A stretch of 64,000 nucleotides of DNA from an uncultured Thermoleophilia bacterium (GTDB lineage Bacteria; Actinomycetota; Thermoleophilia; UBA2241). A program made the translations under genes and the position numbers. The stretch covers positions 192,001-256,000 of the forward strand of contig CAVQSP010000014.1 in assembly GCA_963715985.1 (NCBI GenBank), given 5' to 3'. Below, one piece after another: positions 62,224 through 64,000 of the stretch (the first letter of the stretch is position 1; each line of letters begins with the position of its first letter). The notes beneath the pieces were generated by a model. That model was not told where the DNA came from. It ran no database searches and worked only from the letters and a program-made list of their open reading frames with translations.

Positions 62224-63633
62224 ATGACTGACGAGGCCGTGAGGGACTTCCCGCAGCCGGTGCACTTCGTGGGTATCGGGGGCGCCGGCATGAGCGGCAT
62301 CGCCATGGTCCTGCACACACTGGGCGTGCGCGTCTCCGGCTCCGACCTGAAGTCGTCGCGCTATACGCGCCGCCTCGAGGAGGCCGGCATCGCCGTCGCC
62401 ATCGGCCACGAGGCCGGCAACCTGGGCGACGCCGCCCTCGTCGTCACCTCGTCGGCCATCCCCGAGACCAACCCCGAGGTCCAGGCCGCCCGCGGCGCCG
62501 GTCTGCCCGTACTGCGGCGCGCGGAGATGCTGGCCCGCGTGATGCGCCTGCGTCGCGGTATCGCCGTCGCCGGCACGCACGGCAAGACCACGACCTCGTC
62601 CATGATCTCGCACGTGCTGCACCAGTGCGGCAAGGAGCCCACCTTCCTGGTCGGCGGCGAGCTCAACGACATCGGCTCGAACGCCGCCGTGGGGCAGGGC
62701 GAGTGGCTGGTGGCCGAGGCCGACGAGAGCGACGGCAGCCTCCTGTTCCTGCGGCCTGAAGTGGCCGTGGTCGCCAACGTGGAGCTGGACCACCACGCCA
62801 ACTACGGCTGTCTCGACGACGTGGTGGACGTGTTCCGCCGGTTCGTCGCTCTGCTGCCGCCGGAAGGACTGCTCGTGCTCGTGGCGGGGAGCGGCGGAGA
62901 GGATCTGGCAGGGTACACGCAGGCCGCAGTCGTACGTGTTGGCATCGGCGCCGGCGATCTGCGCGCCGAGGTCGCTCGGGTCGACGACCGCGGCAGCGAG
63001 TTCACGGTCACCGAGGCGGGCGAGGAGCTGGCCCGGGTGACGCTGCGCGTGCCGGGCGAGCACAACGTCCTCAACGCCATGGCCGCGCTTGCGGTGCTGC
63101 GCCACGCGGGCGTGACACCCGGGGAGGCGGCGCCGCACCTGGCAAGCTTCAGCGGCGCCGCCCGCCGCTATCAGGAGCTCGGCCGCCACGACGACGTGCT
63201 GGTGGTGGACGACTACGCCCATCACCCCACGGAGATAGCCGCCACGCTCACGGCCGCCGCCCAGGGCGGCCACGGCCGCGTGATCGCCGTCTTCCAGCCG
63301 CATCTGTTCTCGCGCACCCGCTACCTGCAGCGCGAGTTCGGCAAGGCACTCACCCTCGCCGACGAGGCCATCGTCACCGACGTGTTCCCGGCACGTGAGG
63401 AGCCGGAGCCCGGCGTCACCGGCAAGCTCATCGTGGACGCCTATCTGGCCGAGCGGCCCAGCGGCCCGGTGACCTACCTCCCGCGGCTCAGCGACGTGGT
63501 CCGTAACCTGTCCGGCAGGGTGCGTCCCGGCGACCTGGTGCTCACGCTCGGCGCCGGCGACGTCTTTCGCGCCGGCGAGCAGCTTCTCGCCACGCTCGCC
63601 GGGCAAGGGGAAGGGCGCTCCGGCGACGAATAG
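62224..63633 (+). CDS. murC: UDP-MurNAc--L-Ala ligase
   Basis: GIGGAGMSG, GTHGKTTT, EADESD, DDYAHHPTE, FQPH. Confidence 0.97.
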   Translation: MTDEAVRDFPQPVHFVGIGGAGMSGIAMVLHTLGVRVSGSDLKSSRYTRRLEEAGIAVAIGHEAGNLGDAALVVTSSAIPETNPEVQAARGAGLPVLRRAEMLARVMRLRRGIAVAGTHGKTTTSSMISHVLHQCGKEPTFLVGGELNDIGSNAAVGQGEWLVAEADESDGSLLFLRPEVAVVANVELDHHANYGCLDDVVDVFRRFVALLPPEGLLVLVAGSGGEDLAGYTQAAVVRVGIGAGDLRAEVARVDDRGSEFTVTEAGEELARVTLRVPGEHNVLNAMAALAVLRHAGVTPGEAAPHLASFSGAARRYQELGRHDDVLVVDDYAHHPTEIAATLTAAAQGGHGRVIAVFQPHLFSRTRYLQREFGKALTLADEAIVTDVFPAREEPEPGVTGKLIVDAYLAERPSGPVTYLPRLSDVVRNLSGRVRPGDLVLTLGAGDVFRAGEQLLATLAGQGEGRSGDE

Positions 63634-63670
63634 TCACCTGTAGTTGTCCTCTCCCGAAAAGGTGCGGCGC

Positions 63671-64000
63671 ATGGCCAAAGGAGGCGGGGCGAGCCGCCCG
63701 CGTTTTCGTCTGCTTCCTACCGTGCTGCTCACGGCGGCCATCCTCCTTCTGCCCACCGCGGTGTACGCCTGGGGCCGCACCTCGGACTCCTTCACCGTCA
63801 GGCGTGTGGAGGTCAGCGGCACCGACGTCGTGCCCCGCCGCCAGGTCCTGCGCCTCCTGCGCCACGACTACCTGAACCGCAACCTCTTCACGGTGACCAC
63901 GGCCGGTGTGCGACACACGTTGGCGCCGCTCGCCTACGTCGCCGGCGTGCAGATCGACAGAGCCTTCCCCCATGACCTGCGCGTGCGCGTCGTGGAGTAT
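63671..64000 (+). CDS. ftsQ: Cell division protein FtsQ/DivIB, 3' partial
   Basis: MAKGGGASRP, TM helix, POTRA-like FTVRRVEVSG...RAFPHDLRVRVVE; follows murC; runs off the window. Confidence 0.85.
   Translation, partial: MAKGGGASRPRFRLLPTVLLTAAILLLPTAVYAWGRTSDSFTVRRVEVSGTDVVPRRQVLRLLRHDYLNRNLFTVTTAGVRHTLAPLAYVAGVQIDRAFPHDLRVRVVEY

Overview
A 64 kb stretch of very GC-rich bacterial chromosome. Gene content (MraZ-led dcw cluster, PafBC-like WYL regulator, TANNNT leaderless promoters, anaerobe-type MttB and Lar enzymes) suggests a deep-branching, probably anaerobic actinobacterium such as Thermoleophilia; this taxonomy is an inference. The right third is housekeeping: pcrA, crotonase, otsB, pyrF, then mraZ-rsmH-ftsL-ftsI-murE-murF-mraY-murD-ftsW-murG-murC-ftsQ. 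The left two thirds are accessory metabolism and signalling. The best candidate for an undescribed system is at 28.8-34.8 kb. There, an ornithine-racemase-like PLP enzyme leads an apparent operon with two non-pyrrolysine MttB methyltransferases behind a strongly base-paired leader, divergent from a decarboxylase resembling D-ornithine/D-lysine decarboxylase. LarA, an APC permease and a third MttB lie nearby, hinting at a route for methylated basic amino acids or amines. Other notable items are an Fe-S-type Rrf2-cysK-moeB-larE-cysE operon, a fused PafBC, a DUF1566 surface protein followed by a 14-bp UUCG hairpin, a perfect 40-bp palindrome, a 45-bp tandem repeat and an archaeal-type DUF211/VIT1 pair coupled to pcrA. 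At least eight genes, including essential murF, carry single-base frameshifts that are most likely sequencing errors. I recognised no rRNA, tRNA, CRISPR array, transposase, integrase or reverse transcriptase. All family calls are from motif recognition by eye; no searches were run.
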